From a virus (Duplodnaviria; Caudoviricetes): a stretch of DNA of 37,426 nucleotides. Location: positions 1 through 37,426 of IMG/VR virus record IMGVR_UViG_3300033489_000031; one strand, 5' to 3'. Shown here one piece after another: positions 26,059 through 35,946 of this stretch. The first letter of the stretch is position 1. Each line of letters opens with the position of its first letter. Under the pieces are notes generated by a model. It was given only the letters and a program-made list of their open reading frames with translations, was not told the DNA's origin and searched no databases. Position numbers and translations under genes: made by a program.

Positions 26059-26384
26059 GTATTACTGTTGCATTATTGAAAAGTAAACTATATCTTGATT
26101 TGACAACGAGTGAATTTGATACTGCCATTCAACAATTGATCGATGATATTGTTTATGACGCTATCGAATATATGGACAATGATGATATAACGAATGCAAG
26201 TGAACTTACGAGAAATATTGAACGTAAATTGTGTTTACAGATTGCATATGAATTTAAAAGAAGAAAGGATCACGGTTTAGAATCAGTTTCATTTCCTGAC
26301 GGTTCATTACAGAAAAGTCGATCTGGACGATGGTTAAAGGATGTTTCGGAAGTTTTGAATTTTTACAGCAGGATAAACCTATGA
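26055..26384 (+). CDS. Head-tail connector/adaptor (gp6/gp15-like)
   Basis: LK..LYL....FD..IQ.LI; size and position. Confidence 0.78.
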   Translation: MSITVALLKSKLYLDLTTSEFDTAIQQLIDDIVYDAIEYMDNDDITNASELTRNIERKLCLQIAYEFKRRKDHGLESVSFPDGSLQKSRSGRWLKDVSEVLNFYSRINL

Positions 26385-26542
26385 GTGATTTAGTGTACAT
26401 TATGTATAAAAACAATAATACATCAGAATATGTAACATTAGAGGAGGCAGAGGAATTAAAATTAAATAATTTGATTTACATATATGAGCATAATTCTGAT
26501 GCCCTTACACAACAAGATATTTTTGGTTACGATTATGAGTGA
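26381..26542 (+). CDS. Small protein carrying a stand-alone version of the GT N-terminal motif
   Basis: ATGA overlap; EYVTLEEAEELKLNNLIYI. Confidence 0.55.
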   Translation: MSDLVYIMYKNNNTSEYVTLEEAEELKLNNLIYIYEHNSDALTQQDIFGYDYE

Positions 26543-27161
26543 TATTAAAAAAGTAATAATAGAAATTGACAAATTGCCTATAAAAACTCAAGGTGCGCTC
26601 AGGCAGGTAATTAATGCAACCTCATTTATATTGGCTAGCGATATCAGGACTAAATTTTTAACTGGTGGTACTACAGATAATAAATTGAGAGCACGATCAG
26701 GTGTTTTAAGACGGGGTACTAAACCAATAACAGTAAAAATAGTTGATAATAATATAATCGGTGGTGTATCATTTGACAGAAGATACATCAAAACGCATTT
26801 TGGAAAAAAAGGTGAATATGAAACGATTGTTCCAAAAAATAAAAAATTTTTAACAATTCCTTTAGAAGCTGCAATGACTGCTGCTGGTGTTCTGAAAGGT
26901 AAAGCAACAGATGAAAGCGTTTTCGGTGATACTGTTATTATTAAAACTAAAAAACAAGGAAATGTTTTTGCTGTTATTTATGGAAAACAGAGAGGTATAA
27001 AAGGAGATCTAAAAAGTAAACTTCTACCTTTATTCTTATTAGCGAGAAAAGTCAGAGTGCCAAAACGTGTACACTCTGATGTGATTTTACGACACGCAAA
27101 AAATTTATTTAGAGAATCAGTTATAAAAATTTATAGAAAGTCGCTGAAAAATGGCAGATAG
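26535..27161 (+). CDS. Neck/tail-completion protein (HK97 gp10 / Mu gpG-like)
   Basis: LRARSGVLRR motif, basic, position. Confidence 0.6.
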   Translation: MSDIKKVIIEIDKLPIKTQGALRQVINATSFILASDIRTKFLTGGTTDNKLRARSGVLRRGTKPITVKIVDNNIIGGVSFDRRYIKTHFGKKGEYETIVPKNKKFLTIPLEAAMTAAGVLKGKATDESVFGDTVIIKTKKQGNVFAVIYGKQRGIKGDLKSKLLPLFLLARKVRVPKRVHSDVILRHAKNLFRESVIKIYRKSLKNGR

Positions 27162-27603
27162 CATAAAAGTAGAAATGATAAAAAAACTTGATTTACTCCA
27201 TAATACTATTGATTTTATCAATGAGGTCAAATCGTGTCCAATTTATCCTATTGCCAGAGATACCGTTGTTTATCCGTTAGTAGTTATTTTATTTGAATGT
27301 GAAAATATCGAAGCAAGAAATTTAAGTGAAGTGAACGAATATACATTAACAATATCGTTATGGTTAGACATTAAAAACTTTAACGAACAGGAATTATTGT
27401 ATACAGGATTAAATTACGAAGAAGAATTACATGAAACGTTTATTCATTCTCTTGGTACTGGAGGTATTTTACATGGATTAATAGAAAAGTATAAACGTCT
27501 GCCGTCGTTTGAGAAAATTATAGATGAATCATTAGGTCTGTTTGTCAATCGTTATCAATTAACAGTTTTACATAAATACGGAAAACCATTTCAAAAAAAT
27601 TAA
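27151..27603 (+). CDS. Putative tail terminator
   Basis: Size, YPLVVI motif and position directly before tail tube. Confidence 0.55.
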   Translation: MADSIKVEMIKKLDLLHNTIDFINEVKSCPIYPIARDTVVYPLVVILFECENIEARNLSEVNEYTLTISLWLDIKNFNEQELLYTGLNYEEELHETFIHSLGTGGILHGLIEKYKRLPSFEKIIDESLGLFVNRYQLTVLHKYGKPFQKN

Positions 27604-27618
27604 TCTGGAGGTTTTATT

Positions 27619-28413
27619 ATGGCACGAAGTCCAAGCACAGAAAATTACATGATCGGAAAAGGCAATCTATATTTCGCCCGATTCAGTGATGCTGATGTAA
27701 ATTTAGGTGAACGACATTTAGGGAATGCACCAAATTTTTCATTGAATATTACAAAAGAACAACTTGAACATTATAGCAGCATGCAAGGGATTCGCTATAA
27801 AGACGCATCTGTAAATACTCTTGTTTCGCCTATGTGTAAATTCACGCTAGATGAACCGAGTCTTGATAATATAGCACTTTCATTTTTAGGAAATGATGTG
27901 CATGATACATTATCACAAACAGATGGACATCAAGTAAATGATTCGATTGTTGCAAAAGTTGGCAGATATAAAAAACTTGCATTTCGAAATATAATTCCTG
28001 GTTCAACACACGTTACAAATGCCGCAGGTACTATCGCATATACTTCTGGTGTTGATTATACTATTGATCACCTAACCGGACGAATTTATATAGTACAAGG
28101 AGGTTTTATAGCTGATAATCAAAATATTCTCGTTGATTATGATTATGCCGATATTGCCTATGATGTTGTCAACGCTGCTGTAAATGCACAAGTTGAGGGA
28201 TTTTTGCGCTATATCGGAAATAACGATGTGGGAAATAATTATGAAGTTGAGATTTGGAAATGTAAATTGACAATGACAGGTGATATGAATTTTATTTCAA
28301 CTGAATGGAATACCTTAGAAATGGAAGGAGAAATTTTACAAGACGCGACAAAAATAACATGCCCATATTTCAGAGTAATTGAACTCTCTAATCCAACAAT
28401 GACACAATCGTAG
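27619..28413 (+). CDS. Major tail tube protein (siphovirus)
   Basis: NYMIGKGNLYF...RHLGNAP; inserted beta-domain GVDYTID..TGRI; GGAGG RBS. Confidence 0.85.
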   Translation: MARSPSTENYMIGKGNLYFARFSDADVNLGERHLGNAPNFSLNITKEQLEHYSSMQGIRYKDASVNTLVSPMCKFTLDEPSLDNIALSFLGNDVHDTLSQTDGHQVNDSIVAKVGRYKKLAFRNIIPGSTHVTNAAGTIAYTSGVDYTIDHLTGRIYIVQGGFIADNQNILVDYDYADIAYDVVNAAVNAQVEGFLRYIGNNDVGNNYEVEIWKCKLTMTGDMNFISTEWNTLEMEGEILQDATKITCPYFRVIELSNPTMTQS

Positions 28414-28421
28414 GAAAATAT

Positions 28422-28775
28422 ATGTTAGATACAATAAAGTATGAAAATTATGAAATAAAACCGTGGACACTGGAAAAACTGGAGGAACTATCTCCAGTTT
28501 TCGAAAAGTTTTTTTTGTCTTTACGTGGTAATAATATCAAGGTGGATTCAATTTTCACTGAACCATTATTGTACTTAAAATTACTTCCGTATCTATCAAA
28601 AATTATTAGTATTACGATAGGTGAGAAAGAAGAGGTGATAAAACAATTTACACTTGATAAATCAATGACCATTACCGCAATCATATTTAAACAAAATATA
28701 GGGTATTTAAAAAACTTATTAAGCCCTATCGTGGAAATGCTCAAAGAAATGAATCGAGTACTGGTAAATGGATAG
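28422..28775 (+). CDS. Tail assembly chaperone (gpG-like)
   Basis: Between tube and tape measure; contains slippery site. Confidence 0.8.
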   Translation: MLDTIKYENYEIKPWTLEKLEELSPVFEKFFLSLRGNNIKVDSIFTEPLLYLKLLPYLSKIISITIGEKEEVIKQFTLDKSMTITAIIFKQNIGYLKNLLSPIVEMLKEMNRVLVNG

Positions 28776-29029
28776 GGCTTATCAATAAACTTATTCAAAA
28801 TGGGCATGATTTTAAAACAATTTATAAAGAGTATTCAATCAAAGATATAGAAAATTTTTACCTCGATTGTTTAGAAAAGGAGAAAGCACAGTATCAAATT
28901 TTACGTCTGATTCAACACGGTGAACAGAAAGATTTTAATGAATTTATTAATAGTTATAATAACAACAAAGAAAGTATTAAACAAGTCGATTATCAAACTC
29001 TCAAGAGATTAAGTAAGGGTGTGTTTTAA
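28422..29029 (+). CDS. Tail assembly chaperone gpGT-like (~202 aa) via -1 frameshift
   Basis: T-TTA-AAA-AAC at 28706-28715; -1 frame open to TAA 29027-29029 overlapping TMP ATG; stem 28720-28730/28771-28781. Confidence 0.85.
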
Positions 29030-31815
29030 TGGCCGAATACGAAGAACTCGCTCAATTAGTAATATCACTGAAAGCCGATATTTCTGATTTACAGAAAAAA
29101 CTAGGTGAAGGGAAAGGGCATTTAAAAACATTTTCTGATCATCATGGTTTTTCCTTGAATGAGCTTAAAAAACATTGGATTGTTTACACTGCTGCTGTAA
29201 CAGGAGCCGTTTTGACTATAAGAAGTCTCGCCGCACCTTTTGCTGATTTAACGCATAAAATGCTTGAAGTAAATACTATTACAAAATTGTCAAATGAGAG
29301 TTTGAGTAGTTTGACTAATGAAGTAAGAAATTTATCTGCACAATTACCACAAAACACAAAGGAACTTTCTGCTGCGTTATATGATGTTGTTTCTGCTGGT
29401 GTGGATGCAAGTAAATCTATTAATGTTTTAGGATTATCTGCAAAAGCTGCTGTTGCCGGAGTTACCGATACAAAAACAGCATTAAATGCCGGTATAGGTG
29501 TAATAAATGCCTACGGGAAAAATATTGACGAACTGGAAAGAGTTTACGATTTACTTTTCAAAACTGTCGAAAAAGGCATTGTAACATTTCCAGAATTGTC
29601 AAACACAATTGGAACTGTTTTACCAAATGCAAGAGCAGCAAATATTGAATTTATTGATATTGCTGCTTCGATAGCCCTGATGACAAAAAATAAAATTGCA
29701 GCTAGTGAAGCAGCGACATACTTAAAAGGAGGAATTACCGCTTTGACCGCCCCGTCCGAACAAGCGGAAAAAGTAATGAAACAGTTAGGTATAACGTGGA
29801 ATGGCTGGATACCTACACTTGAACAATTGAGTAGATCATCGGTAATCAAAGATCCAAAACTTTTACGTGATTTGATACCCGACGTAAGAGCACGAACTGG
29901 TATATTAACACTAGTGCAAAATTTTGGTGATCTTACTGATATACTTAATGATATGGGTAAATCAACCGGCGCAATGCAAGCGGCATTTAAAATAATGGAA
30001 AACTCTCCGATTAATCAAGTTAAACAGTTAGGTAACGCTTTTAACGATTTAAAAATTTCAATCGCCAATTTTGCCGCACCTGCTGTATTAAAAATTATTA
30101 GAGGATTTACAGAGGAACTAAAAATACTTGGTGCATTTTCACGGGGTATGGCTCCTGAAACAATTAGAACACTTAATTGGATTAATGATGTTCTGCCGAA
30201 AATTGAAAATAGACAAGAAGCAGCAAACACTTTATTCAATAAACGTTTAGAATTATTAAAACAAATTGAATCGGTAAATAAAAAAATAAAAGATTTGGAA
30301 GATATTGGAGACAAGGAAAATACAGGTTTCGGACTTTTAAAATTTCAGGAAGAATCAAAACAGCTAAAATTACAATTTGAAATTGTTACGAAAGCGCTAA
30401 CAGAATATTCAACCAGTTTAGATGATGTTAAAAAGAAAACTAAAGAAAACGTTATTACTCCTAAAACACCTGTTTTGCCTGATTTAGATGCTCTTATTGC
30501 AAAATTGAAAGTCCTCAAAGAGCAGCTTGCTTTACAATTAGATGAACTAGATCAAAAATATGATAATGGTTTAATAAATCTTCGCGAATATTTTGACACA
30601 AAAAGAAAAATAGTTCAGGAAGGTTATAATGAAGAAATTAACGTTTTAAAAACTGTTATAAAATATGAAACGGATGATAAAAAGAGGAAAGATTTGATTA
30701 GTGATTTAACCGTAAAAGAGATTCAGCTTAAACGCGAATTATTACAATTAACAAATGAAGAAAATGAGGAAGTAAAAAAATTATATGAAAACAAAAAAAG
30801 AGCTGCTGAAATAATCAGTGAAGTTGAAACAAGATTATCGAATGAAAATTTAAATAAATATGCCAAAGAAATTGCTGCTTTAAATGAAAAACACGAAGCT
30901 GAAAAAAAGCAGCTTGAAGAAATTAAAGGTTTAAAGAATAAACAGGAACAACTTGACAAACTTAGAGATTTACAATCAATGGAACGTTCTCGTTTATTAG
31001 GAGAATTGGAAAAGCAACAAGTTATCGATAATCTTGATGAGATTTCAAAATTGACGGGTTCTTTATCAACAGTGCTCTCTGACTGGAGCACTATGATCAA
31101 AACTTACAATGAAAATAAACTTAATGATCTAAAAATTGAACAAGAACAAGAAATTTCTTTACTGAAAGCAAAAGGTGCGTCCGAAGAAGAAATAAACAAA
31201 GCACTTTACGAAAACGAATTAGAATTAAAAAAAGCTACAGTTGAAAAGTCAAAGGGTATTACAAAAGCATTTTTTCTTTTAGAAAAGCAATCGGCACTTG
31301 CGCACGTCCGTATTAGTACTGCTGTTGCATTTATGAAAGCGTTTGAACAACAGGGGATTTATGGTGCCCTTTCTGCTGGTTTAATTGCGATTCAGGGTGC
31401 GATGCAGGAAGGAAAAATATGGGGTGAAATTATTGCAGGATTATATGAAGGTGGACGAGTGCACGGGAAATCTGGTAGGGATAAAATTCCAATTTATGCG
31501 ACAAAAGACGAATTCATGCAACCAGTTCCTGCTGTAAAATATTACGGAACTGGCATTATGGAGGCTATTAGACAAAGGGCAATACCGCGAGAAGTACTAC
31601 AAAATTATGGAAAAGGATTTTCTCCAGTTTCGCCGAGCCATTTTTTTGATACCGGAGGTCTAGTTGAGAATCAATCAATTGCTAGGACTTTACAGATAAA
31701 TAATATTGTTGATCCAGCACTTTTTGGACAGTACTTATTGTCAAGGGAAGGTAATGATATAATTGTAAATATTATAAGCACAAACGCATATAACATTAAA
31801 AAGGTTATTTTATGA
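29029..31815 (+). CDS. Tail tape measure protein (TP901-like core)
   Basis: 928 aa, ALYDVVSAG/AAVAGVTD core, long coiled coil. Confidence 0.93.
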   Translation: MAEYEELAQLVISLKADISDLQKKLGEGKGHLKTFSDHHGFSLNELKKHWIVYTAAVTGAVLTIRSLAAPFADLTHKMLEVNTITKLSNESLSSLTNEVRNLSAQLPQNTKELSAALYDVVSAGVDASKSINVLGLSAKAAVAGVTDTKTALNAGIGVINAYGKNIDELERVYDLLFKTVEKGIVTFPELSNTIGTVLPNARAANIEFIDIAASIALMTKNKIAASEAATYLKGGITALTAPSEQAEKVMKQLGITWNGWIPTLEQLSRSSVIKDPKLLRDLIPDVRARTGILTLVQNFGDLTDILNDMGKSTGAMQAAFKIMENSPINQVKQLGNAFNDLKISIANFAAPAVLKIIRGFTEELKILGAFSRGMAPETIRTLNWINDVLPKIENRQEAANTLFNKRLELLKQIESVNKKIKDLEDIGDKENTGFGLLKFQEESKQLKLQFEIVTKALTEYSTSLDDVKKKTKENVITPKTPVLPDLDALIAKLKVLKEQLALQLDELDQKYDNGLINLREYFDTKRKIVQEGYNEEINVLKTVIKYETDDKKRKDLISDLTVKEIQLKRELLQLTNEENEEVKKLYENKKRAAEIISEVETRLSNENLNKYAKEIAALNEKHEAEKKQLEEIKGLKNKQEQLDKLRDLQSMERSRLLGELEKQQVIDNLDEISKLTGSLSTVLSDWSTMIKTYNENKLNDLKIEQEQEISLLKAKGASEEEINKALYENELELKKATVEKSKGITKAFFLLEKQSALAHVRISTAVAFMKAFEQQGIYGALSAGLIAIQGAMQEGKIWGEIIAGLYEGGRVHGKSGRDKIPIYATKDEFMQPVPAVKYYGTGIMEAIRQRAIPREVLQNYGKGFSPVSPSHFFDTGGLVENQSIARTLQINNIVDPALFGQYLLSREGNDIIVNIISTNAYNIKKVIL

Positions 31816-33233
31816 ACTATCGTAATTATAATTTGATTGATCATCTGACACCACCACCTTGGGGAAATGTTGAATTAATCAATTGGCAGGAAATGGCCGA
31901 CTCTGTACACGCTGATTGCATTAGTCCGAATAAAACTTCAGGTGGGCATAAACACAACAAATTTTATGATAACAATGCAAATTTAGAATTATTTTCCTTT
32001 AATGAAATAAATGGATTCAATAAAACAAGTTTTCCGTCTTGGGATACTGATTTATTTTCTGTTTTGTATGTTGGTTTGAATATGTCGCTCTGGTCAACTA
32101 AACTAACAAACGGCGGTATTAATATTTGTTCAAATTTTTACCATGATGATACCGGCGAAACCGGAGAAGATCGTTTTGAATCCAATGGATACTCCCAAAA
32201 AATTTCTTCTAGCGGTTCAACTATTTCATTTTTTGCTACAGATTATTCTGGGGTACAGGATGCAATAATAACCTATCTCAATTTAGCAGCATTTTCTGCT
32301 GTTGATGGAATTAATTTTAATATTTATAATGAGGATTTTCCGTTTACTGTATACTCAAATAATTTTGTTTTACAAGCGAGCGAACTTACCGTACCATTTC
32401 TAAACGCACCTGGATTTCTAAAGACCAATGCAAACGGAACTTTTTTAGATGGATATACTGTAACTGGAGGAGATACATCAGGATTTACCGAAGATCAAAT
32501 GCTTTGTACCAATGTTTCCGGTCAACTTTACTCAGTGATAGAAATGACGTGGGATGACTGGAATTTTTATGTTGACGGAGTGCTAGGTATTTGGGCGATT
32601 TACAGTTTTGAGAGCGATGAGGATTTTATTGCTTTATATGAGGATTATATTTACATAACGGTAAATAATATTTACATGATCGATTTCAGAATTGAAACTG
32701 GACAAGCAAAAATTGAAACGAATAGTGGGAATGAGGATGTTGATCATATTTTTAACTATACAGCAGGAAGATCATTATTTATTGACGGTTTGACCGGTAA
32801 TACAACCGTTGATAATGATTTAACATATTGTAAACGGTTGATTGGTATAACAACTGATCTTGGAACACCAGATGGAAGCACAACCGTTGATTGGGATATT
32901 TCTAGTGATTCTGATAGTGCATTTTTGGATCTCGGAAATGCATCAATTGGAAATATTACAATTGCAGTAGATGGATTTAATGTTGATGGTTCAGCTGTAA
33001 CAACACGATCAATTTTAGTAATTAGACAGGGCATTTATAATAGAAGTGTAATTCTGTCAAGAACTGGTAGTAATTTTTATTTATTAACTGAAAGTGGAGC
33101 AAGCTCTTTGTTATCAAGTAATACAATAACTTTGACTTTACCAGGAAGTTATCTCGATTATGCTCTTGTTGAAATAGTAACTACAGTTTCATCCAGTAAA
33201 ATTTTTATAAGGAGATGGTCATATGCTGCATGA
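31812..33233 (+). CDS. Putative virion fibre/receptor-binding protein (473 aa, acidic, beta-rich)
   Basis: GGHKH motif near N-terminus; position in tail operon; no family recognised. Confidence 0.45.
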   Translation: MNYRNYNLIDHLTPPPWGNVELINWQEMADSVHADCISPNKTSGGHKHNKFYDNNANLELFSFNEINGFNKTSFPSWDTDLFSVLYVGLNMSLWSTKLTNGGINICSNFYHDDTGETGEDRFESNGYSQKISSSGSTISFFATDYSGVQDAIITYLNLAAFSAVDGINFNIYNEDFPFTVYSNNFVLQASELTVPFLNAPGFLKTNANGTFLDGYTVTGGDTSGFTEDQMLCTNVSGQLYSVIEMTWDDWNFYVDGVLGIWAIYSFESDEDFIALYEDYIYITVNNIYMIDFRIETGQAKIETNSGNEDVDHIFNYTAGRSLFIDGLTGNTTVDNDLTYCKRLIGITTDLGTPDGSTTVDWDISSDSDSAFLDLGNASIGNITIAVDGFNVDGSAVTTRSILVIRQGIYNRSVILSRTGSNFYLLTESGASSLLSSNTITLTLPGSYLDYALVEIVTTVSSSKIFIRRWSYAA

Positions 33234-33420
33234 TAGCCAAAATTCTTTACAGCAAATATGTCAAAGGATTCAAATTAATCAGGTGCTTTTTTATAAAGCG
33301 CTGGAAAATTTTACAGCGCAATGTAAAATGTATAATGATTCGGTTGATGAACTGTTAAGGTATTTAAACAAAGAAATCCGTGCTAAAAAAGAGGAAGAAA
33401 ATGGCGATCTACGGAAGTAA
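33223..33420 (+). CDS. Small coiled-coil protein (possible fibre chaperone)
   Basis: AGGAG RBS; helical composition. Confidence 0.55.
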   Translation: MLHDSQNSLQQICQRIQINQVLFYKALENFTAQCKMYNDSVDELLRYLNKEIRAKKEEENGDLRK

Positions 33421-34024
33421 TTTCGCCTACGGTGATTCTTATTATAAGGATGAAGGACATTTTACTTCTGATAATGTTTTTATTTATTTACCTAACTGGA
33501 ATTTTCCGATAACGATTAAATATATTTTTGGAACTATTATCACTTTAAAACATATAAAATCGGAACAAAGAAGATCAGTAAGGAGCGCTTCTTTGCGACA
33601 AGAAAACTTTACAGTTACCGAACTTGATGATCGTTTTGAGGTTTTACATTATTTACAGTCAATAAAATCTAGTCATATTGCCGTTCCACTTTTTTCTGAA
33701 CCATGTTTGCCGATTTTACAAACTGAATTGAATGGTTTAACAAGCATTGTAATAAAAAATGATTTGTCAAAATTATATAATATGTCAAAATTAACAAATA
33801 CTATTATTTTAATTGATTTTGTAAATGAAAATAACGAGATTATTGACGTTAGCAGCATAACTGGAAATGCTATTAATTTGACATCTACAGTCTCAATGCA
33901 TTGTTTAGGTTCAAACGCTGTTATCTTTCCAGTTTTTGGAGCGTACTTTTCTGAAAATTTTACTGCGGAATTCCTTAATCAAAAATCATCTCATTATAAT
34001 GTGGAGTTTGTTGAGTATGCATAG
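33401..34024 (+). CDS. Distal-tail-like structural protein
   Basis: PNW...EQR.S.R pattern; GAGG RBS before ATG 33401. Confidence 0.55.
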   Translation: MAIYGSNFAYGDSYYKDEGHFTSDNVFIYLPNWNFPITIKYIFGTIITLKHIKSEQRRSVRSASLRQENFTVTELDDRFEVLHYLQSIKSSHIAVPLFSEPCLPILQTELNGLTSIVIKNDLSKLYNMSKLTNTIILIDFVNENNEIIDVSSITGNAINLTSTVSMHCLGSNAVIFPVFGAYFSENFTAEFLNQKSSHYNVEFVEYA

Positions 34025-34646
34025 TTGGCTGGATTTATCGCGAACTAATATTAAATTTTTATTTAAACCGAACTGGATTAATACATTACCGTTAAATTTT
34101 AATTTGAATAGAGAAATTTTACAATTCAGCGGTACAAAATCAGAAATTATCAATGTACATAATTATACTGGTTATAATATTACCTATCGTTTTACAAATT
34201 TAAATAAAGAGACAGAATTCGATATCGTAAATTTTTTTTGCTCTCGGAAAGGGAAACTGGAGAGATTTTGGATACCATTATGGAAAAATATATTTACTTT
34301 ATACAGTGATATACTTATTAATTCAAATTCAATTAATGTATATAGTTCAAATTTTTATCTTGTGGATAAAGGGTTCGAACGAATTTTTATTTTTCTGAGA
34401 AACGGTGATTTTATAACACGAAAAATAATTGCGTCGATTTCACATGGAATATACGAAACATTATTTCTTGAGAGCGGAATTGCTCGTATTATTACAAACG
34501 ATGATATCAACTGTTTTGGGAGATTTTTGCTAGTTCGTTTTGATCAGGATGATTTAAATATCGAATTTGTCAACAATATATGTTCAACATGCGAATTAAA
34601 ATTTATTGAACTTCCATTTGAGTACGAGGTATCAGGTTTATCATGA
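34017..34646 (+). CDS. Distal-tail-like protein (DUF2460-related)
   Basis: PNW; FF..RKG....FWIP.W; VRFDQD. Confidence 0.65.
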   Translation: MHSWLDLSRTNIKFLFKPNWINTLPLNFNLNREILQFSGTKSEIINVHNYTGYNITYRFTNLNKETEFDIVNFFCSRKGKLERFWIPLWKNIFTLYSDILINSNSINVYSSNFYLVDKGFERIFIFLRNGDFITRKIIASISHGIYETLFLESGIARIITNDDINCFGRFLLVRFDQDDLNIEFVNNICSTCELKFIELPFEYEVSGLS

Positions 34647-35485
34647 ATGCTATCGAAAATTCTTATAAAAATGATAATCAATTACAGGACTATTGTGAAG
34701 TTTATACGTTTACGACATTGAAAAGTATTTATCGGTATACTTCATTTTATAAAGATCTTGTCATTGACGGTAATACATATTATCATGTGTCAATGATGCG
34801 TGAGAATTTTCGTCAAGATTTGGTGTCTGGTACTATTACCTGTAATATACAAATTTCAATTAGTACGTATTTCGGTTCATATATCGCAAATTATCCGATT
34901 GAACCAGTAAATGTAGAAATAAAACGATATTTATATAATGACCTTTCTGTAAATATTATCAGTTTTAATGGGATTATACACTCAATGTCTGTAGGAAATA
35001 ATGTCTGTAATCTGGAATGTTCATCGTCAATGTTCGAACTGGAAAACAAAATTCCTCGCGTCCATGTGCAAATAAATTGTAATAATGAATTATACGATAA
35101 TGTTTGTAGAGTCAATATTTTCGCTCATTCACCGGTACACGTAGTTCATTTTCTCGAACCACTTAACAGAACGAAAATATTTTCATTTATTTTTGGTATG
35201 ATGCTTGAAAACACATATCGTTACGGTCGTATGTTTAAAAATAGTGACTTTACGGGTGAAAGTAGATTAATAACGAGTAGTCACGTTGATCTTGTAAACA
35301 TAAATAACTCGTATTGCATTATAGAATATCCATTTGAAAATTTGAATGATGGTGATACTGTTCGGTCAATATGGGGGTGTGATAAAGCATATGAAACATG
35401 TGGAACTATATTTAATAATCAGGAAAATTTTATCGGTTTTAATTGTGTACCTGGAAATGCAAACATAACACAATTTGATTTATGA
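34643..35485 (+). CDS. Tail hub protein (DUF2163/BR0599, lambda gpL/GTA-like)
   Basis: C...LYD..C and GCDK..ETC...FNN..NF.GF..VP. Confidence 0.88.
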   Translation: MNAIENSYKNDNQLQDYCEVYTFTTLKSIYRYTSFYKDLVIDGNTYYHVSMMRENFRQDLVSGTITCNIQISISTYFGSYIANYPIEPVNVEIKRYLYNDLSVNIISFNGIIHSMSVGNNVCNLECSSSMFELENKIPRVHVQINCNNELYDNVCRVNIFAHSPVHVVHFLEPLNRTKIFSFIFGMMLENTYRYGRMFKNSDFTGESRLITSSHVDLVNINNSYCIIEYPFENLNDGDTVRSIWGCDKAYETCGTIFNNQENFIGFNCVPGNANITQFDL

Positions 35486-35946
35486 AAAATGAATTATTAA
35501 AATGGCAAAACGCTCGATACAGGTTTTTAGGTTTTGAAGAATATAAATATACCGATTGTGCTATGTATATTGTAAATACATTGATCAAGAAATACATTTT
35601 TAAAAAATTTTTGATACAGGAAAAAATACAGAGGTTTGAACCGTTTTATGATATAAACGATCATAAAGTCGAAAATATAATGTATTACAATCTGGAAAAT
35701 AATTTGAATGATAATTGGTTGTATAAAATTTATGATTATACAGATAATTTTTGTTTGGAAGAAAACGATATTTTAATGTATTCGTTTAATGAGGTTTCAA
35801 TTTGTCATTTTGCTGTATTTATTACATCAAATGAAATAATTCATTTTACGATGAGCAGACATTTTGAAATTTATAGTCATTTACAAATAGAAAAATTTTA
35901 TTTGAAAAGGATACTTCGTTTCATATGTCAACAGCAACAGCAATAA
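35482..35946 (+). CDS. NlpC/P60-like tail peptidase
   Basis: W...Y...G...DC; DIL; HFAV...IIH; canonical position. Confidence 0.7.
   Translation: MKNELLKWQNARYRFLGFEEYKYTDCAMYIVNTLIKKYIFKKFLIQEKIQRFEPFYDINDHKVENIMYYNLENNLNDNWLYKIYDYTDNFCLEENDILMYSFNEVSICHFAVFITSNEIIHFTMSRHFEIYSHLQIEKFYLKRILRFICQQQQQ

Noticed and set aside
368-35115. Minus-strand ORFs in the track
   Set aside because: All are antisense shadows of + strand genes, without recognisable motifs.
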